A DNA stretch of 64,000 bases from Flavobacteriales bacterium (GTDB taxonomy: Bacteria > Bacteroidota > Bacteroidia > NS11-12g > UBA955), in contig CANKVN010000001.1 in assembly GCA_947487055.1 (NCBI GenBank), positions 19,555-83,554 of the forward strand, read 5' to 3'. The notes below the pieces were generated by a model. That model made no database searches. It was given only the letters and a program-made list of their open reading frames with translations, and had not been told where the DNA came from. Shown in pieces: positions 19,401-28,362 of this stretch (its first letter is position 1; the number at the start of each line of letters is the position of its first letter). The translations under genes and the position numbers were made by a program.

Positions 19401-21364
19401 TTGCTTTTTAATCCATTAATGGTGTGTGCTACAATTTTTATTTTATCATTTTCAGCGGGTATAAATCCATAAACACAGAGTTGCTTCTCCGCAGCGCTTG
19501 TTGTGCCAAGCACACGGGATTTATTGTTGCTTTTAAGCAAAACACTGAAGTGCGACAAGCCCTTCAGATCGGGATATTCCCAAAACAAAAAGCATCTGTT
19601 TTTAAGGGTATCGCAAACAATGGTGGGTTGGGAAACAGCAGGGATCTGGTCATTTACCGGAAACCTCAACGCCAATGCAGCAGAAGGCTTAGAGATATTA
19701 CCACGTGCATCGCTCGCCGTTATTGCATATTGATAAATGGCATCGCCTTCACCAATTGTGTCAATAAATTTCAAGGAATTATCTGGTGCAAAGGTTCTTA
19801 TTTGCCACTGGTTCCGGGAATTATCGTCCCATCTTATAAGGGTGTAGCTTTGCACGTCTGACGCTCTTGCATGCTGCCATTGAAGTTCATAACCTTTGTC
19901 CATTTTGCGGTAACCCGAAAATGCCGGTGCAGGTGGCGGAATGATATCAAACACTGCGCATGAGTAGTAAGAAAACCTTGATTGATTGTACCGTTCATCA
20001 AGTGCTGATATAGCATAATACAGACTATCCTGGAGCATTTTGAGGTTTATGGTATCGGTGAAAAAGGTATCCGTAAGATGCACATGGGAATAATCTGAAT
20101 ATTCCTGCCTGGGATTGTTTGCCCTGTAAATTCGGTAATAATGTGCCGTCGGTGATGCTTTCCAGTTCAATTTTACGATCCCCAAAGAATCACAACTTCC
20201 TATAATTGATGATGGTGGAGGCGGTGGTAAAGAGTCTACCTTTTGCAGGAAAGCCATGCCGCCTGAATGCCATTCACCTCCCAAATCCCTGGCAGAAGGT
20301 TGTAAATAAATGGATGAATAATCCTGTGGAATTGCCGCAGTAAACCCATTGCCCACCGGTTTATAATCAAGCCTTTGAAAAAGACCGTCAGCGCTTCTGC
20401 CAATCATTATTTCAAGGGAATCAAAATACCGCTTTTCCCGATCCGGAAACGGCCATTTAAAATGCAATTGACTGTCATTTAAAAGCAACAGATCTGTCAA
20501 CTGCGGGCATTCCAAATCCGGAAGTACATATACAAAAACAGTATCCGAGTATGGGCCCGGCAAACCGAACATGTCCAGACCCGAGACGCGGTAAAAAACC
20601 TTACCGGCTAAAACTGCAGGCGTATCCAACAGCATAAGGGTTTCACCTTTCCCGGCATGCACAAATGGCAAGTTGGAAATGGCTTTAAATGCGAATTGGG
20701 AATCCAGAGCGCGTTCCACCGTGTACCCAAAATATTCGGGGCTAAACAGGGTATTTATGCCGAGCACAGCGCGTTTATTTCGGTATTGGTGTTGCTGGAT
20801 TTTTGGCGAAGGTTGCGGTTTTTCCAAACCGGAAAACAAATACACCCGGGCAGTATCCTCACTGGCAGTGGATACCGTATAGACATATTCCTCATTCAAT
20901 TTGGCTGTTTGGTCCTGCCAACCCAAACCACACTGAATGGCAAGGTTAAAGTCGCGCATGAGCAAAACAGAAACCTGCATGAAGGCCAAATCCATCGTTT
21001 CTTTGTCTTCAACAATGGCCAAAGGATTGTTTCCTTCGCTTTTTACATAAAACAACATTTGCTTAATCCATTGCAATTCAGCATTGTCTTTTTCTATGCC
21101 CGCTGTATCAAATTTTATGGGTTGCTCGTTTAGCCGGTAGCGTTCCTCCTTTGGTAATGGCTGCCCATCCCTGGAAATGGTAACCCTTTCCAAGTTAAAG
21201 CCTTTTAACATATGCTTTTTCATGGCCTCGGGCGCACCTGGCTGCCACCTTATCCATACAGCATCGGCAAAGCGCCGTGTTTTACCCCGGATTTCCACAG
21301 ATTGCCCAAAAGCCCATGAAAGGCAACCAATACTTAGGATGAGGAATACCAAAACCTTTTTCAT
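19397..21364 (-). CDS. Secreted 655-aa protein built of about five FN3-like modules; family not recognised
   Basis: Signal peptide MKKVLVFLILSIGCLSWAFGQ. It has repeated beta-sandwich signatures: W early (VWIRWQP, KLNWKAS, ELQWQHA, FLFWEYP) and late Y-x-[YI]-x-[IV]-x-A-x-D (FYRVSGLDMFG, YYAISALDERYNQS, YQYAITASDARGNIS). Its start overlaps the upstream stop (ATGA). Confidence 0.55.
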   Translation of the reverse strand: MKKVLVFLILSIGCLSWAFGQSVEIRGKTRRFADAVWIRWQPGAPEAMKKHMLKGFNLERVTISRDGQPLPKEERYRLNEQPIKFDTAGIEKDNAELQWIKQMLFYVKSEGNNPLAIVEDKETMDLAFMQVSVLLMRDFNLAIQCGLGWQDQTAKLNEEYVYTVSTASEDTARVYLFSGLEKPQPSPKIQQHQYRNKRAVLGINTLFSPEYFGYTVERALDSQFAFKAISNLPFVHAGKGETLMLLDTPAVLAGKVFYRVSGLDMFGLPGPYSDTVFVYVLPDLECPQLTDLLLLNDSQLHFKWPFPDREKRYFDSLEIMIGRSADGLFQRLDYKPVGNGFTAAIPQDYSSIYLQPSARDLGGEWHSGGMAFLQKVDSLPPPPPSSIIGSCDSLGIVKLNWKASPTAHYYRIYRANNPRQEYSDYSHVHLTDTFFTDTINLKMLQDSLYYAISALDERYNQSRFSYYSCAVFDIIPPPAPAFSGYRKMDKGYELQWQHARASDVQSYTLIRWDDNSRNQWQIRTFAPDNSLKFIDTIGEGDAIYQYAITASDARGNISKPSAALALRFPVNDQIPAVSQPTIVCDTLKNRCFLFWEYPDLKGLSHFSVLLKSNNKSRVLGTTSAAEKQLCVYGFIPAENDKIKIVAHTINGLKSK

Positions 21365-24300
21365 GGCTTATAGCCCTCCCCGATGCTAAAACGATTGGTG
21401 GGAAGGTTTGTCATTTGGTAGGTTGCGCCAAACGTCATCGCTTGCCAGTCCACAGGATCATTGAGTTGCAATTGACCAACCCCGTTAACGAATTTATTCC
21501 TCAGTGCGGCTTGCTCTTCCAGCAGCAGCTTGGCCGACTGAAATAATTTCCCGGGTTGCGATTGCTGCAGCGAGGGGGCCTTTTTGGGCGGCGGTAATTG
21601 TGAAATCTGTTTGTTGGAAATATTGTTTACCGGCAACATACCAATCATTTGCTGCAGCGTGATTATGTCTGCGAATTGGGCATAGCCGATCAGCGCCTCC
21701 TTCAGCAGCTCCAAATCCGCTTTCATCACAGCTACTCCGCTATATTCAAGGCTTAATGATTGCGTAACGAAATCCACAGCAGCACCTTTGTAATGACGCT
21801 CATTTAAAACAACCTTTTCACATCCGGGCTGGGTGGCTGTAACTGCCCACTGGGGAATAAGCCCCTGGGATGTGTCCCTTTTCCAACCAACTTTTGTTTT
21901 TGCGGCACTTGGCAGCCGATAATAGAAGCCATACAGTTTTGGATTCACCATGGTGGTAAACCAAGAGGATTTTTGTAGTTGTGCATGAAACCGATACCCT
22001 TTTTGTTTTAATTCCGGTAAGGCACAGTACTCCTGTTTTTGCTGCGACAACGTATATTCCATGATATCGTCAGTGTCGATGCCTTTTTTAACGGTGCAGG
22101 CCTGCCACTTGATATCGGGCTTGGGATAATGAGACGTGCGCACGTAGTACGTTAGTAAAACGGCATCTTTTATTGTGGAACTATTTTGGTTACTGGCTAG
22201 CCCGGAAACACCGCTCATGCTTGCTGCACCCGGATTAAACGTTGTTTCGGCAGTTCCTGAAGCCACGTTCAACAGCCGGTCTTCCGTGCTGCGTCTCATT
22301 AACCTAAACTGGTAGGTTTTGGCGTTCTTCAAGGCTTGGGGAATGGAAAATACCGCAGCATTCCCTTTTACCTCAACGGCAACATCACGGCATTCCCCAT
22401 CTGCGGCTGAAAAACGGCCTACAAATTTGGTTCCTGGCAGCGCCAGTTGTTGCCATTGAGACACTTTCAAGGCTATGCTGCCATTGGTTGCATAAGCAAC
22501 ATGGAGATTGACCTGACCCGGACTGGGATAGGCTTCAGCGATATTTTCGAGGGGAATTTCAGCCAGTGCGTTCCCCGTTTTGAAATCCCGCTTCTGCATC
22601 TCTACCACAGAAGTTCCGTTGTATGGTAAATCATCCCAGCGTTTCAGATTCTGGTTCCAAACTTGAGCCCGCAGGGTTACGGTTAACAAATGCTGCGCAT
22701 TTGCCTTGAGTGGCAGGGGCATCCTAAACGAGGATGATTGCTTATCAGGGGAAAGCTCCCAAAGACCGGCAACTTTTGTTCTATCCTGCAGCAACTCATA
22801 TTGTGGCATTAACCGCAATTTCCGCTGGTTTACATCGGTGAATTCTGTTTCAACAGGAATCGAAAAGGCAACCACCGGAGCCTGAAGCACGCCCATTTGT
22901 TGCCCTTGAACAGGCGCTTCTATTTGAATAATGGGTTCGGAGTTCCATTGATTTTGCACCATTTCGCATGATTTGCCAATGTTTACCCGAAACCTCCCAC
23001 TAACATCAAATAAATTGACTACTTTCACACTGAATGCGGCAGTTCCCGAAGCGGAAATGGGGCTGGGCCCTTGGCCCTGAAGCAACGCACCCAAAGAAAT
23101 ATTTGCCACATCCACAGAAAAATTCCCAACAGAACCACCAATCCGAACGGCCATGCCCGTATAGTACTTACCCTGGGCAAACCAGCCGTTAATTCCGGGT
23201 CTTTCGCCGGTTTCATTGCATACCGTTAACGCATTGTATTTATTCAACGTTATGTCCAATCCGGACATCGCCATTCCTTTCGCGTACAATGCAATCTTTT
23301 TATAACGGTATTCTCCGCCTATTTCTGCAGTCAGCACGCCACCAAAGGAGAAGGCTACACCCTGGGTGAGGCTACCTGCATCCCTCGTTGTTTCCACCGC
23401 ATTTACACCCAACAGATTTTCGATAAAAGTAGGCAAAGGTGGTGGTGGAAGCACTGATTTTCCAGTCATGAAATAGGCTTTGGCATCCATTTTCATGATT
23501 TTGGGTATCACTGCCTGTAAGGCAAGTGGATCTTGGCTATTACCTATCCATACGTACCAGTTTGTAGGACTAAAAAACAGATTAATTTGGCCTGCAAAGC
23601 CGTTATCCCTGGTCCCGGTAATGTTTGCTGCTTTTGTTTTAACATTTGCATACAATCCGAAGTTGCCAACGTAGGTTTTATTGTTGAAATCCAGCTGAAT
23701 ATCCATGGCTGCTGCCAGCATGCCATCAGGCTTGTATTGTGCCACCATTTCTTTGCCGGTAGAAACCGCACACAATGCCTGGCTTTTTTGTGCAAATACA
23801 TTCGCATTTAAGGGAACAGGATTGGTTAAGAAATCTGCGGTTCCAAAAAGCAGAATTTGGTCAATGGCACCACCCTTCCTGAACTGCACCTCCAAAGCAC
23901 CATTTCCCTGAAATGCCCCGGGAGCTGTGCTCTTTAGATAAACACCTGCCCTTAATCCCATTCCGGCAGTTGCATCCGGTACATATATTCTTCCATTGGC
24001 ACTTCTGCCATAGATTGATGAAGGCTCATTTTCCCCAGGTTTCAAGGCGCGCATCCTGAACCATGCACCGCCAAGAAAACCATTTAATGTGGCTGCAGGC
24101 CCTATGGGGATTCCTTTTGACACGTCAACAGCCGCATCAAAATACCAATAACGGTTATCGCGGATTCGGCCAAACAGCACTTTGCAAGCCCCGCTAATTT
24201 CTTCAGAACTCATCTTAACCTTAAAGGTGATTTCTCCGTTGAATCCCTTTCCATACTGGGGATCAGACCGGATGACGGCCAACCTGCCTTGCAGATTGAT

Positions 24301-25917
24301 GTTGGCGATTGCCACGGATAAGGCTAAATCTGAAAGTTGGCATTTTTTGAATGCCCAGCGGTCTTTCCCTTCCCGGGAAATTAAAGTTGCATATATTTTG
24401 ATTCCGGCAGCACAGGCTAAATTTTCGTTGAGGTTTACTCCCAGCGTAAAGCCAAGAAATTGCGACCCGGATTCGTTACCAAAATTCACGTCCCTAATAA
24501 ATATGGGAAAGGCATTTAGTTCGGATGGGGCGCTTTTACCAGTTACCCCTAAATAATCCAGCTTAATTTTTGGTGCATGGTTGGCAATGGTAAGGCCCTG
24601 AAATTCCACACCGCATAAAGTTACATTTGGCCCGTCGGCGTCTTCCCTGGATTTAGTTTTTATGGTTAAACTACCGTGCAGCACGGCTTCGGCGGTCACC
24701 ACTCCCTCATTGATGGCAAGGTATAACTGGCTGCCTGAGGTAAGCATAACTGTTGCTGCTTTCAGCGCCGGAATGCTAATGGTATCTTTCGTTTTTACCG
24801 TAAAACAGTAATTGTCATTAAAGCCAATGAGGGCGTCATAATTAAGCAGCTGCGTATCGGGCAAAACGGGCAGCCCCAGGGTGCCGTTGAATTGTGCCTT
24901 TACCAAACAATTCCGTAAAAAAGTTATTTCCGCCCTATCAATTCCAAATCTCCAACCTGCCAAATTCCCCTTGGATGTATCAAGAATTCCTGTGCCAAAA
25001 ATTGACCCGGAAAAACCGGACCTATCAACCGTTAAATTCCTAAATCCAAATTCCGGCCTGGGTTTTGAGGCCGCTGTAAAATGTGCCGGAAAAATCACTT
25101 TCCCTTCCTGCAGGTAAAATCCCTCCCAACTACCCGCTTCAAAATCCTGAGGTGGCATACCCGGGGCATCTGCCTGCCCGTTTAAATCCAAAACAGCATT
25201 GGTCACCTTGAAGGCATATCCCTTAAACCCTTTTACCTGAAAGGGCTGCAAACTGATTTGAATAAGCATTTCTTCCCAGGAAGCAGTAACCATGCTGAAA
25301 GAACTCTGCAAGCTACTGTCAACCATCGGGTTAAGATTTTTATCCAGCGGCTCCAAAAGATTGCTGTTGATGCTTGCTTCGCCGGTTACACCAAAACGTT
25401 CCAAACCTGAACAGGCAAACTCTGCCCAGGTGTGGTTGATGCCCCCTTTAATAAGAATGTTTGCAGCCCGGCCCAATCTTATATTAACATCACTCAGCAA
25501 GTACATTTTTACCGGCCCGGTGAGACCCTGATGGTAATAGAAACTGATATTGTCTGCTTTGCAGGCCACCAACTGGTTGCTTCTGGAATCGCGAAAAGCC
25601 AGTCCTGCGCTAAAGACAGCCCTTTGGGGCTCTATATCAACATTGTAAATAATGATGGCAAACCGAATATCCTTGGATGCCGGCATCAATAAAAACTCTC
25701 CGCTTGGCTTTGCTTGAAAAGCTGCGCCCAGTTCATCCACCACCGCTCCCCTTTCCACGGCTTGTTTGATCCTCATTTCCATTGAATCGCCGGTTGTTTT
25801 CTGCGCAAATAATCCACATGCAAACAGCAGTTGGCAGAGGCAGAAGCAAACACAACGGTTCAACAATGAGAAATTGACGCCCATAGAACCTACAAATAAA
25901 TTGTGTTTTATCGACAA
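21361..25917 (-). CDS. Giant (about 1507-1518 aa) N-terminally anchored envelope protein; no family recognised
   Basis: It is one uninterrupted ORF. The likely start is ATG 25884 (MGVNFSLLNRCVCFCLCQLLFACGLFAQ: signal/anchor with a possible LFAC lipobox). I saw no internal repeats or catalytic motifs. There is a poly-Pro linker LPPPPLP and a Q/L-rich C-terminal tail. Confidence 0.6.
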   Translation of the reverse strand: MSIKHNLFVGSMGVNFSLLNRCVCFCLCQLLFACGLFAQKTTGDSMEMRIKQAVERGAVVDELGAAFQAKPSGEFLLMPASKDIRFAIIIYNVDIEPQRAVFSAGLAFRDSRSNQLVACKADNISFYYHQGLTGPVKMYLLSDVNIRLGRAANILIKGGINHTWAEFACSGLERFGVTGEASINSNLLEPLDKNLNPMVDSSLQSSFSMVTASWEEMLIQISLQPFQVKGFKGYAFKVTNAVLDLNGQADAPGMPPQDFEAGSWEGFYLQEGKVIFPAHFTAASKPRPEFGFRNLTVDRSGFSGSIFGTGILDTSKGNLAGWRFGIDRAEITFLRNCLVKAQFNGTLGLPVLPDTQLLNYDALIGFNDNYCFTVKTKDTISIPALKAATVMLTSGSQLYLAINEGVVTAEAVLHGSLTIKTKSREDADGPNVTLCGVEFQGLTIANHAPKIKLDYLGVTGKSAPSELNAFPIFIRDVNFGNESGSQFLGFTLGVNLNENLACAAGIKIYATLISREGKDRWAFKKCQLSDLALSVAIANINLQGRLAVIRSDPQYGKGFNGEITFKVKMSSEEISGACKVLFGRIRDNRYWYFDAAVDVSKGIPIGPAATLNGFLGGAWFRMRALKPGENEPSSIYGRSANGRIYVPDATAGMGLRAGVYLKSTAPGAFQGNGALEVQFRKGGAIDQILLFGTADFLTNPVPLNANVFAQKSQALCAVSTGKEMVAQYKPDGMLAAAMDIQLDFNNKTYVGNFGLYANVKTKAANITGTRDNGFAGQINLFFSPTNWYVWIGNSQDPLALQAVIPKIMKMDAKAYFMTGKSVLPPPPLPTFIENLLGVNAVETTRDAGSLTQGVAFSFGGVLTAEIGGEYRYKKIALYAKGMAMSGLDITLNKYNALTVCNETGERPGINGWFAQGKYYTGMAVRIGGSVGNFSVDVANISLGALLQGQGPSPISASGTAAFSVKVVNLFDVSGRFRVNIGKSCEMVQNQWNSEPIIQIEAPVQGQQMGVLQAPVVAFSIPVETEFTDVNQRKLRLMPQYELLQDRTKVAGLWELSPDKQSSSFRMPLPLKANAQHLLTVTLRAQVWNQNLKRWDDLPYNGTSVVEMQKRDFKTGNALAEIPLENIAEAYPSPGQVNLHVAYATNGSIALKVSQWQQLALPGTKFVGRFSAADGECRDVAVEVKGNAAVFSIPQALKNAKTYQFRLMRRSTEDRLLNVASGTAETTFNPGAASMSGVSGLASNQNSSTIKDAVLLTYYVRTSHYPKPDIKWQACTVKKGIDTDDIMEYTLSQQKQEYCALPELKQKGYRFHAQLQKSSWFTTMVNPKLYGFYYRLPSAAKTKVGWKRDTSQGLIPQWAVTATQPGCEKVVLNERHYKGAAVDFVTQSLSLEYSGVAVMKADLELLKEALIGYAQFADIITLQQMIGMLPVNNISNKQISQLPPPKKAPSLQQSQPGKLFQSAKLLLEEQAALRNKFVNGVGQLQLNDPVDWQAMTFGATYQMTNLPTNRFSIGEGYKP

Positions 25918-25931
25918 TAAAATGAGTATAA

Positions 25932-25972
25932 AGTACTAAAAAAAGCCCCAAATCGGGGCTTTTTTTAGTACT
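25932..25972. terminator. Perfect 41-nt palindromic terminator after glnA
   Basis: The sequence is AGTACT-A7-GCCCC-AAATC-GGGGC-T7-AGTACT, giving 18-nt perfect arms and a 5-nt loop. Confidence 0.8.
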
Positions 25973-25998
25973 TCGCTATTTGGGCAGGGATATTTTTA

Positions 25999-28131
25999 TT
26001 ACCTGCAGCCGTTCAAAAGATCGCGGTATGTTGGGAAAGGCCATTCGCGGTCATCTACGATTGACTCCAGCGCATCGCTGTGCTCGCGGATTTCATCGAA
26101 CAGGGGTTTTACCTTTTCGCAATAGGCAATGGCGCGTTTGTGCGCATCTTCAATTTTATTTGCCTTGGCACGTTCGGCGGTCATTTCTTTGTTTACAGCA
26201 TGCAGCTTATTAATATGGCTGCTGATATCGGAAATAATTTCGGTTTGCGCCTTCAAGGTAGATTTGTTCTGACCAATACCCATGAGGGTTTGCACGTTGT
26301 CTGCCAAACGTTTTTGATAATTTACGGCAGCAGGAACTATGTGGTTTTGAACCATTTCATTAATCAGGCGGCCTTCTATTTGCAGGCGCAGCACATAGCT
26401 TTCAAAACGAATATCTGTGCGGGCTTCAAGTTCTTTGTGGTTGAAAATGCCATTTTTAACAAACAAATCAATGCTGGCTTCACTGAGGTAGGATTCCAGG
26501 GCGCGGGGTGTAGTTTTGATGTTATTCAAACCACGGCGCTTGGCCTCTTTCACCCATTCGTCGCTATAACCGTTGCCGCCAAACAGCACTTTCTTGCTGT
26601 CTTTGAGGTAACCACGCAATACTTTTTTGATGGCATCTTCGGTTTTGGTTCCTTTTTTGGCCTTGATGGCGGCATCAACATCCTTTTTAAACAGCATCAA
26701 CTGGTTGCCCACAATGGTGTTGAGCACCGTCATGGAGCTTGCGCAATTGTCGCTGCTACCCACAGCCCTAAACTCAAATTTATTACCTGTAAATGCGAAT
26801 GGTGATGTGCGGTTGCGGTCGGTATTGTCCAGTAAAATTTCGGGAATACTCGCGATTTTGATGCTTGCTTTTCCTTTTTCTTCTTTGGCAGCTGTGGCAG
26901 TACCTTCAAATGTTTGTAGCACATGTTCCAGCGTATCGCCCACAAACACAGAAACGATGGCGGGCGGTGCTTCATTGGCGCCAAGGCGGTGATCATTGGC
27001 AGCGGTAGCGATACTGGCGCGCAACAAATCGGCGTGGTCGTAAACGGCTTTGATGGTATTGATGAAGAAAGTCAGGAACTGTAGGTTTTCCAATGGATTA
27101 TTTCCGGGAGCAAGCAAGTTCACCCCGGTGTTGGTAACAATACTCCAGTTGTTGTGTTTACCGCTGCCGTTAATGCCTTTGAAAGGTTTTTCGTGAAAGA
27201 GCACCTTCATGCCATGGCTATTGGCAACACTTTCCATCACATCCATGAGGAGGCTGTTGTGGTCTACCGCAAGATTGGCTTCTTCGTATTGGGGCGCACA
27301 TTCAAATTGTGCAGGTGCAACCTCATTGTGGCGTGTGCGCAAGGGAATTCCCAATTTATGACTGGCTTCTTCAAAATCTGCCATAAAGGCAAGTACCCGG
27401 TTGGGAATGCTACCAAAATAATGGTCTTCCAGTTGCTGTCCTTTAGCCGGCGAGCTGCCAACCAGGGTTCTGCCTGCAAGCATCAAATCCGGACGCTGGT
27501 GAAAATGATTTTCATCCACCAGAAAATATTCCTGTTCCACACCCAGGCTCACGGAGCAGTCATTCACTTTTGGATCAAAATAATGACAAACTTCTGTGGA
27601 AGCTTTGCGCACCAGAGCAAGTGCTTTCAGCAATGGCGCTTTGTAATCGAGGGCCTCGCCGGTATAGGAAACAAAAATTGTGGGAATACACAAGGTTTTG
27701 GCTCCGGCTTTTTCCATGATGAATGCAGGGGATGATGGATCCCATGCGGTGTATCCTCGGGCTTCAAACGTATTGCGAATACCGCCACTGGGAAAACTGG
27801 AAGCATCCGGCTCTTGTTGAACCAATGCTTTACCCGAGAATTTCTCCACGCCTTTGTCTGTAGCTATTGGCTCAAAAAAGCTGTCATGCTTTTCGGCGGT
27901 TGTGCCACGCAGTGGTTGAAACCAGTGGGTGTAGTGGGTGCAACCTTTATCTAAGGCCCAATCCTTCATGCCTTCTGCCACTTCACTGGCCAGTTCAGGA
28001 GAAATGAGATGACCTTCACGCTGAGCATCTGCAATTGCTTTGATAGCAGGTTTACTGAGGTGCTTTTTTTGTGCTTCGTTGCCGAAAACATTTTCTCCGA
28101 AGTAACTTGAAATAAGGGTATTGTTTGCCAC
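25999..28131 (-). CDS. glnA: Glutamine synthetase type III
   Basis: 710 aa with the GSIII-type N-terminal region (CTHYTHWFQPLRGTTAEKHDSF). The size is characteristic of Bacteroides-type GSIII. Confidence 0.9.
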   Translation of the reverse strand: MANNTLISSYFGENVFGNEAQKKHLSKPAIKAIADAQREGHLISPELASEVAEGMKDWALDKGCTHYTHWFQPLRGTTAEKHDSFFEPIATDKGVEKFSGKALVQQEPDASSFPSGGIRNTFEARGYTAWDPSSPAFIMEKAGAKTLCIPTIFVSYTGEALDYKAPLLKALALVRKASTEVCHYFDPKVNDCSVSLGVEQEYFLVDENHFHQRPDLMLAGRTLVGSSPAKGQQLEDHYFGSIPNRVLAFMADFEEASHKLGIPLRTRHNEVAPAQFECAPQYEEANLAVDHNSLLMDVMESVANSHGMKVLFHEKPFKGINGSGKHNNWSIVTNTGVNLLAPGNNPLENLQFLTFFINTIKAVYDHADLLRASIATAANDHRLGANEAPPAIVSVFVGDTLEHVLQTFEGTATAAKEEKGKASIKIASIPEILLDNTDRNRTSPFAFTGNKFEFRAVGSSDNCASSMTVLNTIVGNQLMLFKKDVDAAIKAKKGTKTEDAIKKVLRGYLKDSKKVLFGGNGYSDEWVKEAKRRGLNNIKTTPRALESYLSEASIDLFVKNGIFNHKELEARTDIRFESYVLRLQIEGRLINEMVQNHIVPAAVNYQKRLADNVQTLMGIGQNKSTLKAQTEIISDISSHINKLHAVNKEMTAERAKANKIEDAHKRAIAYCEKVKPLFDEIREHSDALESIVDDREWPFPTYRDLLNGCR

Positions 28132-28362
28132 AGGTATACGTATTTTATGAATGGTTATGGTTCAATTTTCGATGCAAAGTTCATTAAATAAGCAGACTTT
28201 TTAAGAGGATGCCTCCATTACTTATCCAAAAGAAATTCACCGTAGCACAACACAGCCGCTAAGGGGCTCTTGGCGTTTGTTGACAGATTATTCACAACTT
28301 GTATATACCTCATTAAAAATGCAGTTGCTGCCCCTTAAATTCGCCCACACTTTCAACAAATC

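Noticed and set aside
26080-27735. Long plus-strand ORFs (241 aa at 26080..26805, 193 aa at 27154..27735, 121 aa at 26627..26992) opposite glnA
   Set aside because: They lie entirely antisense to a strongly recognisable GSIII gene and have no motifs or start context. They are typical shadow ORFs in a gene with biased codon usage.
28280-28307. E. coli-type promoter TTGACA-16 nt-TATATA upstream of kup
   Set aside because: Bacteroidota primary sigma factors use TTTG/TAnnTTTG elements, so an enterobacterial consensus match in AT-rich spacer DNA is weak evidence. I kept it only as a note.
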